A stretch of 57,529 bases of DNA, filler included, from Catajapyx aquilonaris (lineage: Eukaryota): the NCBI GenBank assembly GCA_000934665.2. It is 2 parts of 2 records of this genome, joined end to end, with 100 filler letters (N's around TTAATTAATTAA, not from the genome) between each part and the next. Parts side by side here need not be neighbours in the genome. Positions count along the whole stretch, not along the records: positions 1 to 28,719 come from KZ539241.1; 1 more part is not named here. One strand, 5' to 3'. Shown in pieces: positions 12,130 to 25,299 of the stretch; position 1 is the stretch's first letter, and the number at the start of each line of letters is the position of its first letter. The position numbers were made by a program, and so were the translations under genes. The notes beneath the pieces are model-generated. The model was not told the DNA's origin. It did no database searches and saw only the letters and a program-made list of their open reading frames with translations.

Positions 12130-13185
12130 ATACGTTAGGGTAATTACTGTGTCTCGGCCAGGGTGAAATGTGGCGCTGGCGGCGCTACATCGTTCGTATA
12201 CCGCCATCATGACAAGGTGAATCTGGTGCAGCCCCGGACACTACCCCTAAAATCTTATCTTATCGCCTGCCGGGGCGTTTTGGATGAGGTGCTCACTTGA
12301 GAGCGCCATGAGACTCTTTCACTGCTACATTATGTGGCGACCCTACCGGACCGCGCTGGACTTACGTAGAAGGGAAGCCGCTACATGCGGGCCCAACATG
12401 GCCGCCGGCGACCATGTTGGGTCCCCCAATGTATAGATCTTCCCTTTTGTAGCCTACCTATAAAGTTCAACGCGGTCCGGTAGGGTCGCCATATAATGTA
12501 GCAGTGAAAGTCTCATGGCGCTCTCAAGTGAGCACCTCATGCAAAACGGCCCCGGCAGGCGATAAGAGGGAGTGACCAGACCTTAGTATTCTAAGACCAT
12601 GATCTGGTGGTACAGTACCCTGCATTAATGGCTATGCACAGATATCGCCATCTGTCCAAGAACGAGCGGAATTAGGCGTCGGTGGGTTGCGTCCAAAATA
12701 CTTGGACAGCTCAAGATATCGCGGTAGATTCAAACCACGGCTATTCAAACGCTTGCTACAAAGATGGATTACAGCGGATCACAGATATCTGTGGGATGAA
12801 TTATATGGCCATTGCGATTCTTATCAATGTATTGAGGTTGTGAACCAGTTATTACACGGACCACGCGATGCCTGTTAATCCACCGCGATATCTTGAGCTG
12901 TCTATAGAGCGGTCTCGTGAGCAGTCTGATAGCAAAGTATTTTGGACACAGCCCACCGACGCCTAGTTCCGCTCAATCCCGCCAGGTGGCGATATCTGTG
13001 CATAGCCATTAATGCAGGGTACTGTAGGTAGCCGGTGAGTCTGCCGCGGTCTGCCGACTGGCTCGATCTCAGACTTACCACCAGATGCACCTTGACAAGA
13101 TGGCGGTATAGCGAACGATGTAGCGCCGCCAGCGCCAAATTTCACCCTGGCCGAGACACAGTAGGCCCTAATTACCCTACCGTAT
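12130..13185. mobile_element. Nest of foldback MITEs (outer arms 12130-12228/13079-13185; inner elements 12258-12601, 12613-13024, 12705-12902)
   Basis: Four separate pairs of inverted repeats read directly; the 12613-13024 element is TA|CAGTACCC...GGGTACTG|TA. Confidence 0.8.
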
Positions 13186-13226
13186 CCATACGTTTAGGGG
13201 GGAAGTGACAGGGGGTTGGTCAGAGG

Positions 13227-13367
13227 CATGGTCTTAGAATAGTAAGGTCTGGTCACTCACCTCTTATCGCCTTAGCGGGCTTGACGGGGTGTTTTGCGGC
13301 AGGTGACCGTCAAGCCCGCTAAGGCGATAAGAGGGGAGTGACCAGACCTTACTATTCTAAGACCATG
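13227..13367. mobile_element. Near-perfect palindromic MITE
   Basis: CATGGTCTTAGAATAGTAAGGTCTGGTCACTC..CTCTTATCGCCTTAGCGGGCTTGACGG pairs with its inverse; same terminus as the element ending at 12601. Confidence 0.85.
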
Positions 13368-16015
13368 GTCACTAGAGGAGTCATCCGTTGATTCAATTGA
13401 CAAAATTGTACTAGTACAGTACAGTGCTGTACCTGATTATGAATGGTTTTTCTAATGGTAACACTCACATTGCATAATTTAGGTTTCTGCAATAGGCAGT
13501 AGGATGAATGGCGCAATGTAAAAGTTTCTTGGCTGAGGCATAGGTTTTCCCATTGTATCCAAATAAAGCTTGGCAACTATTCCAACGTCAATGTAGTTTC
13601 AAACAATATTCTTCTACTGGCAGCTTGTAACTACTAACTTTTGTACTTATTATTTTGTGTGCACTATAATTAAAAGTGGGATTTGTGCATCACTAACTAA
13701 AAATGACGGCATAATCTACAAAAGCAATCGGCCGGGTGTAAGCGAGGCTTATTTATCGTTCTCATTCAAAAACTTTCGCCCTGGATAATTCTTCCATTGG
13801 TCATAGTGAGAAAAAGATGGGACCAAATGCATGTTACCAAAATTTGTCACAAGTACGTAGATAAGAACCCTCTTTGTGCGATCGGATTGTATGCACTCAA
13901 ATTAAGTAAAATGATTTGATTTGCCCTTTTTGCGTTCCTACAGACGGATGTCAGTGCAGATCCTTGTCTATGATTTGTCTCAACAAGATTTCCACGTTAC
14001 ACTAAAATACCGGTACTTCTTGACGGAAATTTACAAAAGGTCACGATATTATCACCTGGCCAATATTGAGTACGCGCTTCACTTCGAAATAAGAAAATGC
14101 AAGAAATAATGGAAACCAGCTTCAACTGAAGCAACCAGTTGCACAATAATCAGGACTTTAAACCGGTTGCTGAAGTGAACAATCCGCAACATATTCAATA
14201 ACCCTCTCTTGAACTGGGAACTTCAGTTCAGTATCCTACATATCCTAAGGTTATTCTATAGAGCCGCGCCTTCTGTGTGACTATAGCTGGTAATAGTTGT
14301 TAAAGGTCAGTGACTCGAGTGGCTTGAGCGAAAGCAGTTGAGAGTGAACGATATGCCTCGTTTGCGCTCAGCGTAGGTAAAATGGCATCTTAAAACAATA
14401 TTCAAGAAAGTGCGGGTGTAGGTACTCCTATTTAGTAAGAAATTACTTAAAAATCATACAATTTGTAGTACAAGTGAAAGAGTACTCACTTTCTAACTTT
14501 GCCATTTCAGACTCTAAGGAGAACTACAGTTGTGGACTGGTTAGTTCAGCATTTCTGCTTAAGGTCAGGTTCGGTGAGAACCTGAAATCTAGTAACAACA
14601 GAAAAAAAAATGCATTATTACTAGACAAAATACAAAGGAGAAAACAGTGAAGTGGTATCCACACTCGCGTCTTTAAGCAAGTGTTCTACATAGTACATAC
14701 ATTCAAACTACTGGTCATTGTCACAGGTCATCCTCGGTTGTACAGGAACAATGCTACTAAGGAAATTTAATAACCTCGCTTATCAGCATTATCACCCGCG
14801 ATTTCGTTGTAAAATATTTCAATGCTTCAATATCGCACTCCACCTTTCATACTTGAAATCATAGCCAACGGGACAGCCTAATATTGAATCAATCAGTAAT
14901 TAGTCACTTTGTTACTTGAAACCCCGAGACCTCCATGTAGTGGAGTACCCTTCTTGCGGCACTTACTGTGGAAGGTATTGACGTCATAACTGCAGGGGTG
15001 AAGACATGCACTGTCGATGTCGTCAGTTATGACGTCATTCCAAAAGCACGCGGTATAATGTTCATTATCGGGGAATATTATCTGAACCATTTTTACGGCC
15101 AAATTCTAATGCGGTAACAGATCCCAGTATACGGACAAATTAGGCATTACGTAGGTCGTCCAGGTTCAATGACCCATATACCTCATTAAGAGTTGTATAA
15201 ATTACTAATTCCTAATGCGCATATTGAAGAAATCAATATTATTGTGAGTTAATGTAAAATGTGCAAAGCCAAAACACATCACTTGTAATTAACATGCAGG
15301 TTTTAAATGCTTCAGGATTATTAAACAAAACAGTCACAGTGTTTTAACATTTAACTTACCCGTATTGGACATCATTGTTCCGCATTAAGCGGCTTATTTT
15401 AAACAGCTACTCTGAGGTGATAAACTATTATCTACAGTAATATCGGTTCGAACGGGTTTAAATCATGCGCGAGGGTCTCAAGTCTAATCCCGGTTAATCA
15501 TCAAATTTCAGGGTTAATAACGAATGTTTCTTTTCAACCTAACAGTAGAAGACTCTAATTTTTTGAAAGCTATTTTAAGTAACTGTCGAAAGTAATTGAT
15601 TCATATAGGCAGCTTTAAATGACAAAGAAAAATTGCTTACGACTCCGACCATTTCAGTTGAAAACACACTATTACATATTGAGGCGTATATTTGCTAATG
15701 ATTATACGGCATTACCACAAGAGAAGGAGAATACCGGACACACGCTTGGGACATTTCATATTATAGTCTACTTGTCCATCTAGGGGCACAAAAGTATGTC
15801 CATGATTTCAAGATAGCAGTATATGCTTGCTATTGCCCATGTGACACATTCCAACATGTGTCCAAGTGTTCATGGATTCATTGAAAAAAAATTCAATTCC
15901 AGACATGTCATTACATGCCACATAAACGGCATATAGAGGGTGTCCAAAATGTCAGTTCCAGCCCATACAGTTGGATATCTTGAGTGTGCTCCTAAGTTAT
16001 AGTATGTCGATTGCA

Positions 16016-16089
<74 letters not shown>
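16016..16089. repeat. (AAT)n microsatellite
   Basis: Direct trinucleotide run. Confidence 0.95.
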
Positions 16090-19000
16090 GCTTCTTCTCC
16101 GCTAATGAGTGTATGCGACTCTTAAACGTGATGCCAACTTGTACGCAAAATCTCCGTCGATATGGATCGTAGTTTTGTATTAAAAGACGTCCTTTTTAAT
16201 GGCACGGCCCATTAACGGCATTGCGTAACATTAAAGATGCTGTTGGGGTTGAAGACCCTTTGAAGCACAACATGACGACCCCCATTCCTTATTAGTATTT
16301 CGTTCTCATTAGTTTACTCACCCGGGAGTTAATTTTAGGTATTCTAACCCTTTCCCAAATCTATACTATAAACTCCCACAGTTTAATGATATGAATGCTC
16401 TTCGGTTTCTCTTCGGATGTAATTTTGTAGGACGAAATCACACACTAACAGTTCGTCTCCAACCTTTTCGTTGTCAGGGAACTTTTATTTCTCCCTACAA
16501 AACTTCGCCGGCACTACTACATTAAAAAACCCCATTGCACTGAATCATTGTCCTTTGCTCTACCCGGGACTAATGAATCAGCCGCTACCCTATATAACCC
16601 TATAGTATACTGTATACCTCCGCGGAACTCTTCCGACACGCCTGCTGAATACCGGCTGAAGTAGACTGTTTCACTAACACATGCCATTTACATTTGGGCA
16701 TAAGGTATTTCGGATAAAACAGGCACACGGGTAGTGATGATTCCTCGTATTATTTTAAACAAGCTGAACGAATGGTTCATTAAAAATGTTTGCATTCAAG
16801 AGCCTTGTAGAGTTCTCCTGTAAGAAGTTCAGGCGTTGTCAGAAATTGTGCGACATTTTAACTGCATCCTGGGTGTTTCGCCCATTGTCTGTAAATGATC
16901 GTCCTTGCGCTTTCATCTAGTTCAGTCAGGAAAATTTTTCTAGGTTGTTTAAAGCTACCAACCAGCTAACGAGATTATTAAAATGGATAACATTTGCGCA
17001 GAGCACATTTGAAATATTTTATGATTTATAAAAAGGACCATATCAGGACGAACAAGTTTTTAAAATTATATTCCTGTATATATATACGTTCTTTCTATGG
17101 ACAGTGAAGGCTTATTGCACACGTGGAGTACGACGGCAACCTATACAGTTCTTCGCNNNNNNNNNNNNCCCCCCCGGACCCACTCGTTCTAATCTATAGT
17201 TGAACTTTCAAACCATGTTTCGAACTAATCCATTCTGATTTTATTGCACGCAATGTAACCAAAGTAATGTATGTCGTAGGGCCGGTTGTACGAAATCATT
17301 TCAGAAAATCTCCGATTATACGTATCAGCATTCACTATAATTATGTGCACAATCGGAAACAATCGCGAGATTCCTCCGTAATATGGGTCCATACAACCGA
17401 TCATAATACCTGCACACATTTGATTATGAAAACTGCACCACACTCGTACTGTACCACACTCGTAATATTATGCCCATATTCCCCGTAGTGTCGGTCCGGT
17501 ATAAATTCTCCACAGTGCACTGTCAGGTCAAACTAATCTTTCGCAGCGTTTTGCGTCTACTTTTTGTTTTACATCTTTAATTCCCCGAGTTACACGATTA
17601 TCTTTGCACGCATTATAACAATGTGAACCCCACGCATGTCTTGAAATTTTTAAAGTTTATATTCTACAAGCTACTGTACAAAAAATTTAAAACTTCTCCA
17701 TGACCGTATTCCTCACATTACTTGAATACACATGCCTAAACTACGTTCATGGGCTGCATTCACCACATGATTTTGTTAAATCCATCCACATCTTGGTTCG
17801 TTTAATCAATTTGAGGCGGCATTAATCACTACCCCTAGGGCTCTGGTTATGTCCAGGTTGTCCTCAAACGTCACTTTGATGTCCCGAGTCGAGCGTACCT
17901 GTGAAGTGAACAACACTTCTCTGGCAGTCTCGACCTGGGACATCAGAAATGAAGTTTGGGGACGACCTTGACACAAGACATGATCCGAACAATTCCCTTA
18001 CTTCTCCAGTGAAGAGAACTAACAAACTCTGCGACAACTTCCCGTCAAATGAGACTGACTGACCTGTTCCAGAAAGTCGAGGTCGCAGAGCATGTTCTCT
18101 CCTTTTTCTCACTGCCGGTCGTCTCTGCTTTACATATTTTAACGTAGCAGCTACAGTCCTTGCTGACGGAGGGTCACACAATCTGAAAGGCAATAGTATA
18201 TTCATATTTCAGTTCATCCTAAGTGACATGTTAAATATAGTATAGTCCAATTACATATCATTCGGTCTATAGACGGATTTCGCAGAACGATTGCACTAAC
18301 CTCAAAAGGTATTCAGCCACAATGTACTATATCCCACCTTTTCAAACATCGTCACCAATCAGTCCCCAATCTATATTGTTGTTGTTGTTAATGATAATAT
18401 GTATTATTATTTACAATATATGTAATCTGCTTGAGTGGTCAGTGGGCACTCCATTTATTTCCACTCAAGAAATTGGCAGCGTGTAAGCCTATATAACCAT
18501 TTATCTAGTGCCGCGTAAATTTAAAATTATAAAACTACTGCAACGGCTTACGTGTGTTTATTAATATTGCCAAGATAAATAGTGGTCTTGTGACTTCTGG
18601 GAGGATCCCGCGTGCCCGGATAATCACAGTATTCAACATTTATATGAAGCGCAGACGAGCGACCTTATAGGCTAGCGCTGAGCCGAATGATTCGTAAATA
18701 TTTTCCTACACTGCACTGTACGTAATTACACTGCATAATATTCTGGACAATTTTTTGACACTTGTTTTTCGGCATCAAAACCCGATACGAACTGTGAGCG
18801 CCCGCATCGGCAGTAATTTATGTCAAAGTCATTATGCATTATCAGCAGCGTAATGTTATCGCTTTTATGGCCAATATAATTGTGAATTCAACCTGAAAGT
18901 AGGGCCCCATTTCATATTATTTTCAGCATTTCTTATTGAAATCTCCACCTATACAGGGTGTTCCAATTGAAGTGTCCGCAGTGGTCAGCGATTCTTTCGC

Positions 19001-20114
19001 ATCAAGCTCTACGGATTTTCGTAAATATTAGCTGTTAATATCAAGATGAATCATAATTTCATTTTTAATTAATGAACGTGGGTCTACGCAGTGGCGAAAC
19101 ATTAACTGACGGTGCCAGTGGGTCAGCATTGGTCATTTTCAATATCTTAATGCTGCCAAATTACTTACATTTAATTGATCCTATGTAAAAAAAAATTGGC
19201 AACTCCTGAAAGTCACTGTTCAATAATAAGCAGCTTAATGCCAAAAATTGCTAATAATCACTTCGGACATTTCAACAGGAAAGATTCTTCTTACTTAATT
19301 TCTTGGGCGGAACAAAAATACACAGAGAAAATATTTAGTCCCCATGAATATGCCGCTGGCACATATTCTCTCATTTGATCCCACAAGGTGAAGTCACCTG
19401 CCCGCCAGTTACACCACCACCATGAACACTCTTCTCTTTCATAAATAAACAGCACATGCCTCGACTCGACCTTGCACTTGCGAATTCCCAGTAATGCTGG
19501 GATCGGACGTAGATTTCGTTGGGAAGAGAGACCGACAACCGACAGAACATGTGGAACTTCGACATCACTGGAGTCAGCAACTTGACTTGACCCCTTTGGG
19601 TACGCTATACACAGGACAACGCACCTCCGACCCAGTGCGTTTCACTGGTCACACATTCCACTCACATTCCTTCCGGTACGAGTTGTGACCATGCTGGAAC
19701 ACTTTTAGGCCCAAATCTCGATCAATCTCCCAAGGTAACAGTCAGGCAGTAGTTACATCCCTAACCCCTCAAACAAGACTAATAACAGCCTAGCCTACTT
19801 TCCATGAAATGAGGCCACTGTAACGCCATCAGAGGGATCAATAGCACCCCCTCTCCCCCCCCCCCTCCCAAGCCTCAGTCCTACCAGGAACACCCAAAAT
19901 ACTCGAAAGACCTTGAAATCAGTGCCGGCGGAACGTATGAGTAGGCCATAGGTCAGTGGTTCTCAAACTTTTTTGATGGCGTTCCTATGGACACCGTACA
20001 TTAACGGGGATGTACACTGCTACTTAGGGGTACTTCAATGACAGATAGACCTGGATATGTTCAATTTTTACATTTAATTTAATTTAAAAATATTCATAAC
20101 GTACCGTACAGTAC

Positions 20115-20202
20115 TGGACATTACATGGTGAGGTACTGGTGGCGCCACAAGAGCGAATTGGTTGCTCTTGTGGCGCCACCAGTACGACACCATTAATGTC
20201 CA
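20115..20202. repeat. Short palindromic element (hairpin)
   Basis: GTACTGGTGGCGCCACAAGAGC..GCTCTTGTGGCGCCACCAGTAC core; related shorter copy at 24481-24522. Confidence 0.75.
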
Positions 20203-23011
20203 ACAATGTACTACTAGTATCGATCTAAACGCGTGTGCTATAGGTGTACTTGCCTCGGTGATGCTCATTTGAAGTAGCTTCTATCCGCGTCATTGCACCT
20301 CATCTTCTAGCGACGAGGACAAAAAGAAGCGGTCGCTTTGAAGGTGTCGTCGCTGGTGCGTGGTGGGGTTGACCAAACTTAGTGATGTCGCTTGCCACAG
20401 AAGCACGTTGTCTTTGAGGCGATGGGGGCTATGCGGCACTGATGAGGACACCTTCAAAGAGGGGTTTGCCACATTCACTTTCATTAGATTCCCCGAGAGT
20501 GGTCTCTCAAACGGCGGTTCAAGCACCCCAACACTAACCAATGAATGACAAGCATCAGGGGCAAGCTAAATTTATGCGAATACATACATTGTTTGCTATG
20601 TGATTTTTACCATTTTTTATGTTTATAATGCGCTGTAACTAGTAGAGACTATTGAACATATTTATGATCTATCGGGGATCGACACTTCGGATTAGGTACC
20701 GGGATTTCTGCAGTAAAAAGTATGGTGCAGTGGGAATTAAGAACTGTAACCTCTTGATCACGCAGTGGTTGAAGGAAAAACAGTATATACTGTAGAACCC
20801 ACAAACAGTCGCTAATGGGACACCAGTTACACCATCATTACGTAAAGGTGCGTTGGACTCGATAAAACAACGGAGTGCATGACAACAATTTCCCGTTTCC
20901 ATATATTTTCTACCAAGAGTTAATGACATGACTCATAAAAATTCTTGGATTGCAATATTCATGTTCAGAGTATTATCGTCCGTATCTCTAGTAGCTTTAT
21001 ATTAAACTTATCATTGTTGACATGATGCCCGCATTGTTGAGCACAGAGTTGTGGTTAACAAAAAAGCAGATGACAAATGTGTCCGAATTCAGTGACTTAT
21101 CAGCAATTGATAATAGCAATAACTTAATATTGCTGGAACAATTGCATTTGATTAGAGGGCATGGAAGTATCTAATACTAGTAGAGATGAATTGTTCAAAC
21201 AATACGCAATGGAGAAGTTTGCCCAAAATATTTTACTATCCGCATATGGTTATAGTAATAGCAGTCAGCTTCGAGACCTGAAAAACTAATACCGGTCATA
21301 AGTTCTTATCTTTATAAACTGTAGTATGTCAATAAGAAATATTAACCAGGCTGGCACGCTATGATTATGTTACTCTAACAAGAAGTAATGTATGATTTTT
21401 TTTAAACAGTTTATAGGAAACATACGGAATAGTTTAGTACATTCAAGAGTTACTTTAGAGACACTAACGGTATTGCCAAAAAGTTCATGAAAAAATATTG
21501 ACTCGGGTAACTGTATAGATGTCCAATGCGGTCATATTAGTGTACAGGTTGTCGCGTAATGGGCTATTGTCGCTGTCAAAGCCCTCACGAACACAACAAC
21601 ATGCAAAGGATCCGACATCGAATATTTTTGTACCAGATTATTGAAGCACTTGATTCATCGATTCCCAATGAAACACTCAAATTACAAGACCCTACTCACA
21701 TGTCAGAACACTCTATAACAGTAATCTACGCATAGATATAAGACCACTTACTTGTAAGTTCAAAATTATGCGGAAACTCCGTTGTAGAATAAAGTAATGT
21801 ATATTTGGATTCATGTCTTCAACAGGGTATTACATTCATCACAATTTCCTTCCATATTGCACCACTTCATTGTCGTAAGTAGTGGATTTTAAACTGATGG
21901 TGAGCATACAAATAAGCCTGTACTCACGTGCTGTGACAATACCACGCTAATTAATCATAATGTTAACTACAGTACCAACCACAAATAATTTATCGAACCC
22001 CTCTAACAAAGCCAAATTAAATCCGCGCCGCATAATCGACCTAAAAGAAACCACTCATGAATTCCCCCAATCCAGCCACCAATTGCGAATCAATGAATCC
22101 ACTCCTAAATCATGAATCAAGCGACCCCACTGGATGAATCACTGTTTATGAGCCAGTGGGCGTCCTTCACAAGGCAATCGTTTTTTTTTTTTTTTTTTTT
22201 TTTTTTTTGCAACCAGTTGGGAAAACCCCGTGCTCAAACCCGCTTTTGTGTCGACCACCGATCCGTCATGCGCGAAAACGACCCGAACCAGAAAAGGGCA
22301 CTGATTCATACATTCCCATAAGATGCCCATACCAATTCATCTATATAAAAAAAATTGACAAATTTTTTAAAAAATTGACATTTTTAAAAAGACTTGTTTA
22401 CACTTTTTGTACCTGAAACACAAATATCACATGTGAGCACCATCTGGCTCTCTGCCCTTCAGAAACTCTGGGTACATTCCAAATCCACGTTTGAGCGTGA
22501 CATATTCTATGGGACTGAAGGTCAGTTCCCAGCCCAGCTGATCAGTGGCATGCTCAAGTAGAAAGAGACTTACCATGATCGCGTCCCGCACGTGATTGCC
22601 TGCCTGCCCCCCCCCCCTCACCCCAACACCCCCAATCCGTGTGCGTAGCTGTTATCTAAGCACGTATGACAAAATGATTTTTGGGAGCGGACAGGCGGGG
22701 GTGACGATCCATCCGTTTGGCCCTGTTCCCTTGAAAAGTCCCCCTGGCCTAGAGAGGGAGGGAAGGAGGGGAGGGAAGGAGGGGTGGCAGCAGGGAGGCC
22801 TGGGGAGCCAAAAAGGAGGTGAAGAGCAGGCCTGGCGCCCCCCTCCCGACGCCTCCCCCGCCCCGCGACGCCTTCCCCCATCGCGCATCGACCTGCAGCT
22901 GGCTCCCCTGACCTACTTTCCACCGACTCCCTGCCTCCCCGATCCCTCCCTGCGACGCCTCCCCCCCTCCCAACCACACTCAAAATTCATTATCTCAACA
23001 ATATACCCCAT

Positions 23012-23029
23012 ATTATTATTATTATTCTT

Positions 23030-23060
<31 letters not shown>

Positions 23061-23075
23061 TTATTCTTCTTATTC

Positions 23076-23127
<52 letters not shown>

Positions 23128-23131
23128 CATC
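23012..23131. repeat. Compound (TTA)n/(TTC)n microsatellite
   Basis: Direct trinucleotide runs. Confidence 0.95.
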
Positions 23132-23173
23132 ATCGCACACAAATATTTTTTTTCATTTCATTTTAAGATGGTC

Positions 23174-23326
23174 AGTCGGTTAAAGGAGTATCTTACCAGA
23201 CCAGACGAGGAAATTAGACTCCAACAGAGGTGCTGCCTGAGGGAGAGCGAGTTATTGCATCAAGGGGAGGCAGCACCTCTGTTGGAGGCTAATTTCTAGG
23301 TCTGGTAAGATACTCCTTAACCGACT
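23174..23326. mobile_element. Palindromic MITE
   Basis: AGTCGGTTAAAGGAGTATCTTACCAGACC..CCAACAGAGGTGCTGCCT is inverted as AGGCAGCACCTCTGTTGG..GGTCTGGTAAGATACTCCTTAACCGACT. Confidence 0.8.
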
Positions 23327-23403
23327 ATACATGGCTACAGAGCACCCTGATAAATATTAACAGAATATCCTGATAACCATCGACAGAATATCATGATAAC
23401 CAT

Positions 23404-23565
23404 TCCATGGTCTCCCCCAGGACAATTCCGAGGTCGTTTCCGTCAAAATAGGCCACAGCCGCTTCCTTCCTTCCCTATCCCTTGTCCCATCCGATGGTGG
23501 TAATCCACCCCCCTAAGGGAGCCAAAGGCTCTAGCACGGGGTATGATAAATAAATAAATAAATAA
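23404..23565 (+). mobile_element. 5'-truncated SINE (family A) with (TAAA)n tail
   Basis: Body ATAGGCCACAGCCGCTTCCTTCC shared with 25008-25299 and 48318-48500; 17-bp TSD AATATCATGATAACCAT (23387-23403, 23566-23582). Confidence 0.85.
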
Positions 23566-25007
23566 AATATCATGATAACCATCAACAAAACATCCTGATC
23601 AGCATCACAGGGTACAACGATTGCGAAATATCTGACCCGATGATGGTGTCAGGTGCAGGGGTCGAACCCACGACCTTATGCACTTGGGAGGGCGAGTGGC
23701 CTAATGAGGAAAATAGTGGGCGAGTGACGTTGCCACTTTCTATGCGCTCATAGAAAATTGTCCCCGTGAACCTGTGACCTTTGCATTGCGAACAGGTTAA
23801 CTAAATCGACGGGAGATAGACAGATAGTGATCTACAAATTTGGCCAAGCGTCTCAAATATAATGAGGATGAGGAAAGAGGATCTGCATGTCATGTCACTA
23901 TATTTTGTGTGGGTGAGCGTCAACTTTTAAGCTATTGGCCAACAGTCCAGTAAACAAAGAGTATCGGTAAACATAAGGCTGAAAATTCTAAGGAAAATCT
24001 GAGTTTCTGAAATTCCGAGTCTTGCTTCAATTGCCATCTTGAAAAAAAATGGCGCCCGAAATATGCATAAGAAAAAACATTGCTTCTGCAGTCTGCACAA
24101 ATGATTCCCACAGAATTTGCTATGGTCCAGGAAAATCTTGAAATGTGAGCCTCGCGATTACAGTTTTCGACGCGTGTGACAAACACCAGTTTGGGTCCTG
24201 CTGTATCCCAACATGCAGTAGACTGAATGCACCATGGCTCTACAAAGTACTGTACTAAGCTGTACAGCAATTGCAGTAGAGAGTCTGCGACATCATGCCT
24301 GCCAGGCTGGCTTCCACAGGTTGCCCGTTTTTTGTGATCCATCCGCTCCCTACCCTCAGGATACCTATTTGCTATATGATTTCTGGACCGGTATTGCCCA
24401 CAATGAGGCCATTTTGCTATAAATAAAAAAGCGTCCAATGGTTTATCAGCCCTGTTTGTACAGTGCTGCACATTTACGATGTCGTACTGGTGGCGCCACC
24501 AGTATGGCACCATTAATGTCCATTAAAGTACAAGCGTATTGGCCTTTCGCACATTATTAAGTCTGATTTTACTTGAGCTTTGATCTGGATCTCGGCGTGC
24601 TCGATCATGCACGGGTGCACTCCCTTACAATCCTTCAAGTCAATCAGTCTCCGCATGCTATTATCCCTGTAAGACACGAAACGCATAAAATTGAATATCG
24701 CTTTGTGCACAGTTTGACACAAAATAGGAATTAATCTAAAAGCTGAATTATCTGCTTCAGTTCTCACTTTATTTCAAAAAGGCTGGTAGTCAGAATCACT
24801 CCTAATTTCGTCTCGAACAGCGTCTTCTCCTACAATATTATGTACTGCTGCAGTGAATATCTGGGCAGAGTCTACTAGAATGTTGCTTCTGGCAATCACC
24901 ACATCTGGTAATATAGAACTCTGGTTTCAGATTTTCCTAGCTGCAAGCGATGCACTTTTAGCTGAAGACTCAGTTCATGCTAGTCTGTCAGCTATAAAAT
25001 AGAAATT

Positions 25008-25299
25008 GCACCGAAGCAGTTTGGAGGAGGGGATATGGTGTCCGACTGCTAATCGGGAGGTCCTGGGATCAAATCTCGGGGCCGGCAACACTGACCGTGG
25101 TTTTCTGTGGTTTCCCACGGTCCTTCCAGGAAAATTCCGGAGTTGCTTCCGTCATTAATAGGCCACAGCCGCTTTCTTCCGCCCCTATCCTATCCCAAAG
25201 AGCACAGTAAAATGAAGGCAAAGTGTTCCAGGCAAAACAAACTTCCCCCCTAAAGAGCCGATCGCTGATAACGGGGTATGAATTATTATAATTATTAAT
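25008..25299 (+). mobile_element. Full-length tRNA-derived SINE (family A)
   Basis: tRNA-like head GTCCGACTGCTAATCGGGAGGTCCTGGG, shared body, AT-rich tail; 15-bp TSD TATAAAATAGAAATT (24993-25007, 25300-25314). Confidence 0.85.

Noticed and set aside
20290..20548. GC-richer island with ORFs on both strands
   Set aside because: No family recognised and no convincing splice sites in frame; contains an internal inverted repeat (CTTTGAAGGTGTC/GACACCTTCAAAG).
22596..23183. 195-aa ORF, the longest in the track
   Set aside because: Made of GC-rich low-complexity DNA and TTC/TTA microsatellite (poly-F/poly-L); no protein-like content.
23932..24513. 193-aa minus-strand ORF
   Set aside because: No recognisable motifs or splice structure; overlaps TE-end-like sequence and a palindromic repeat.
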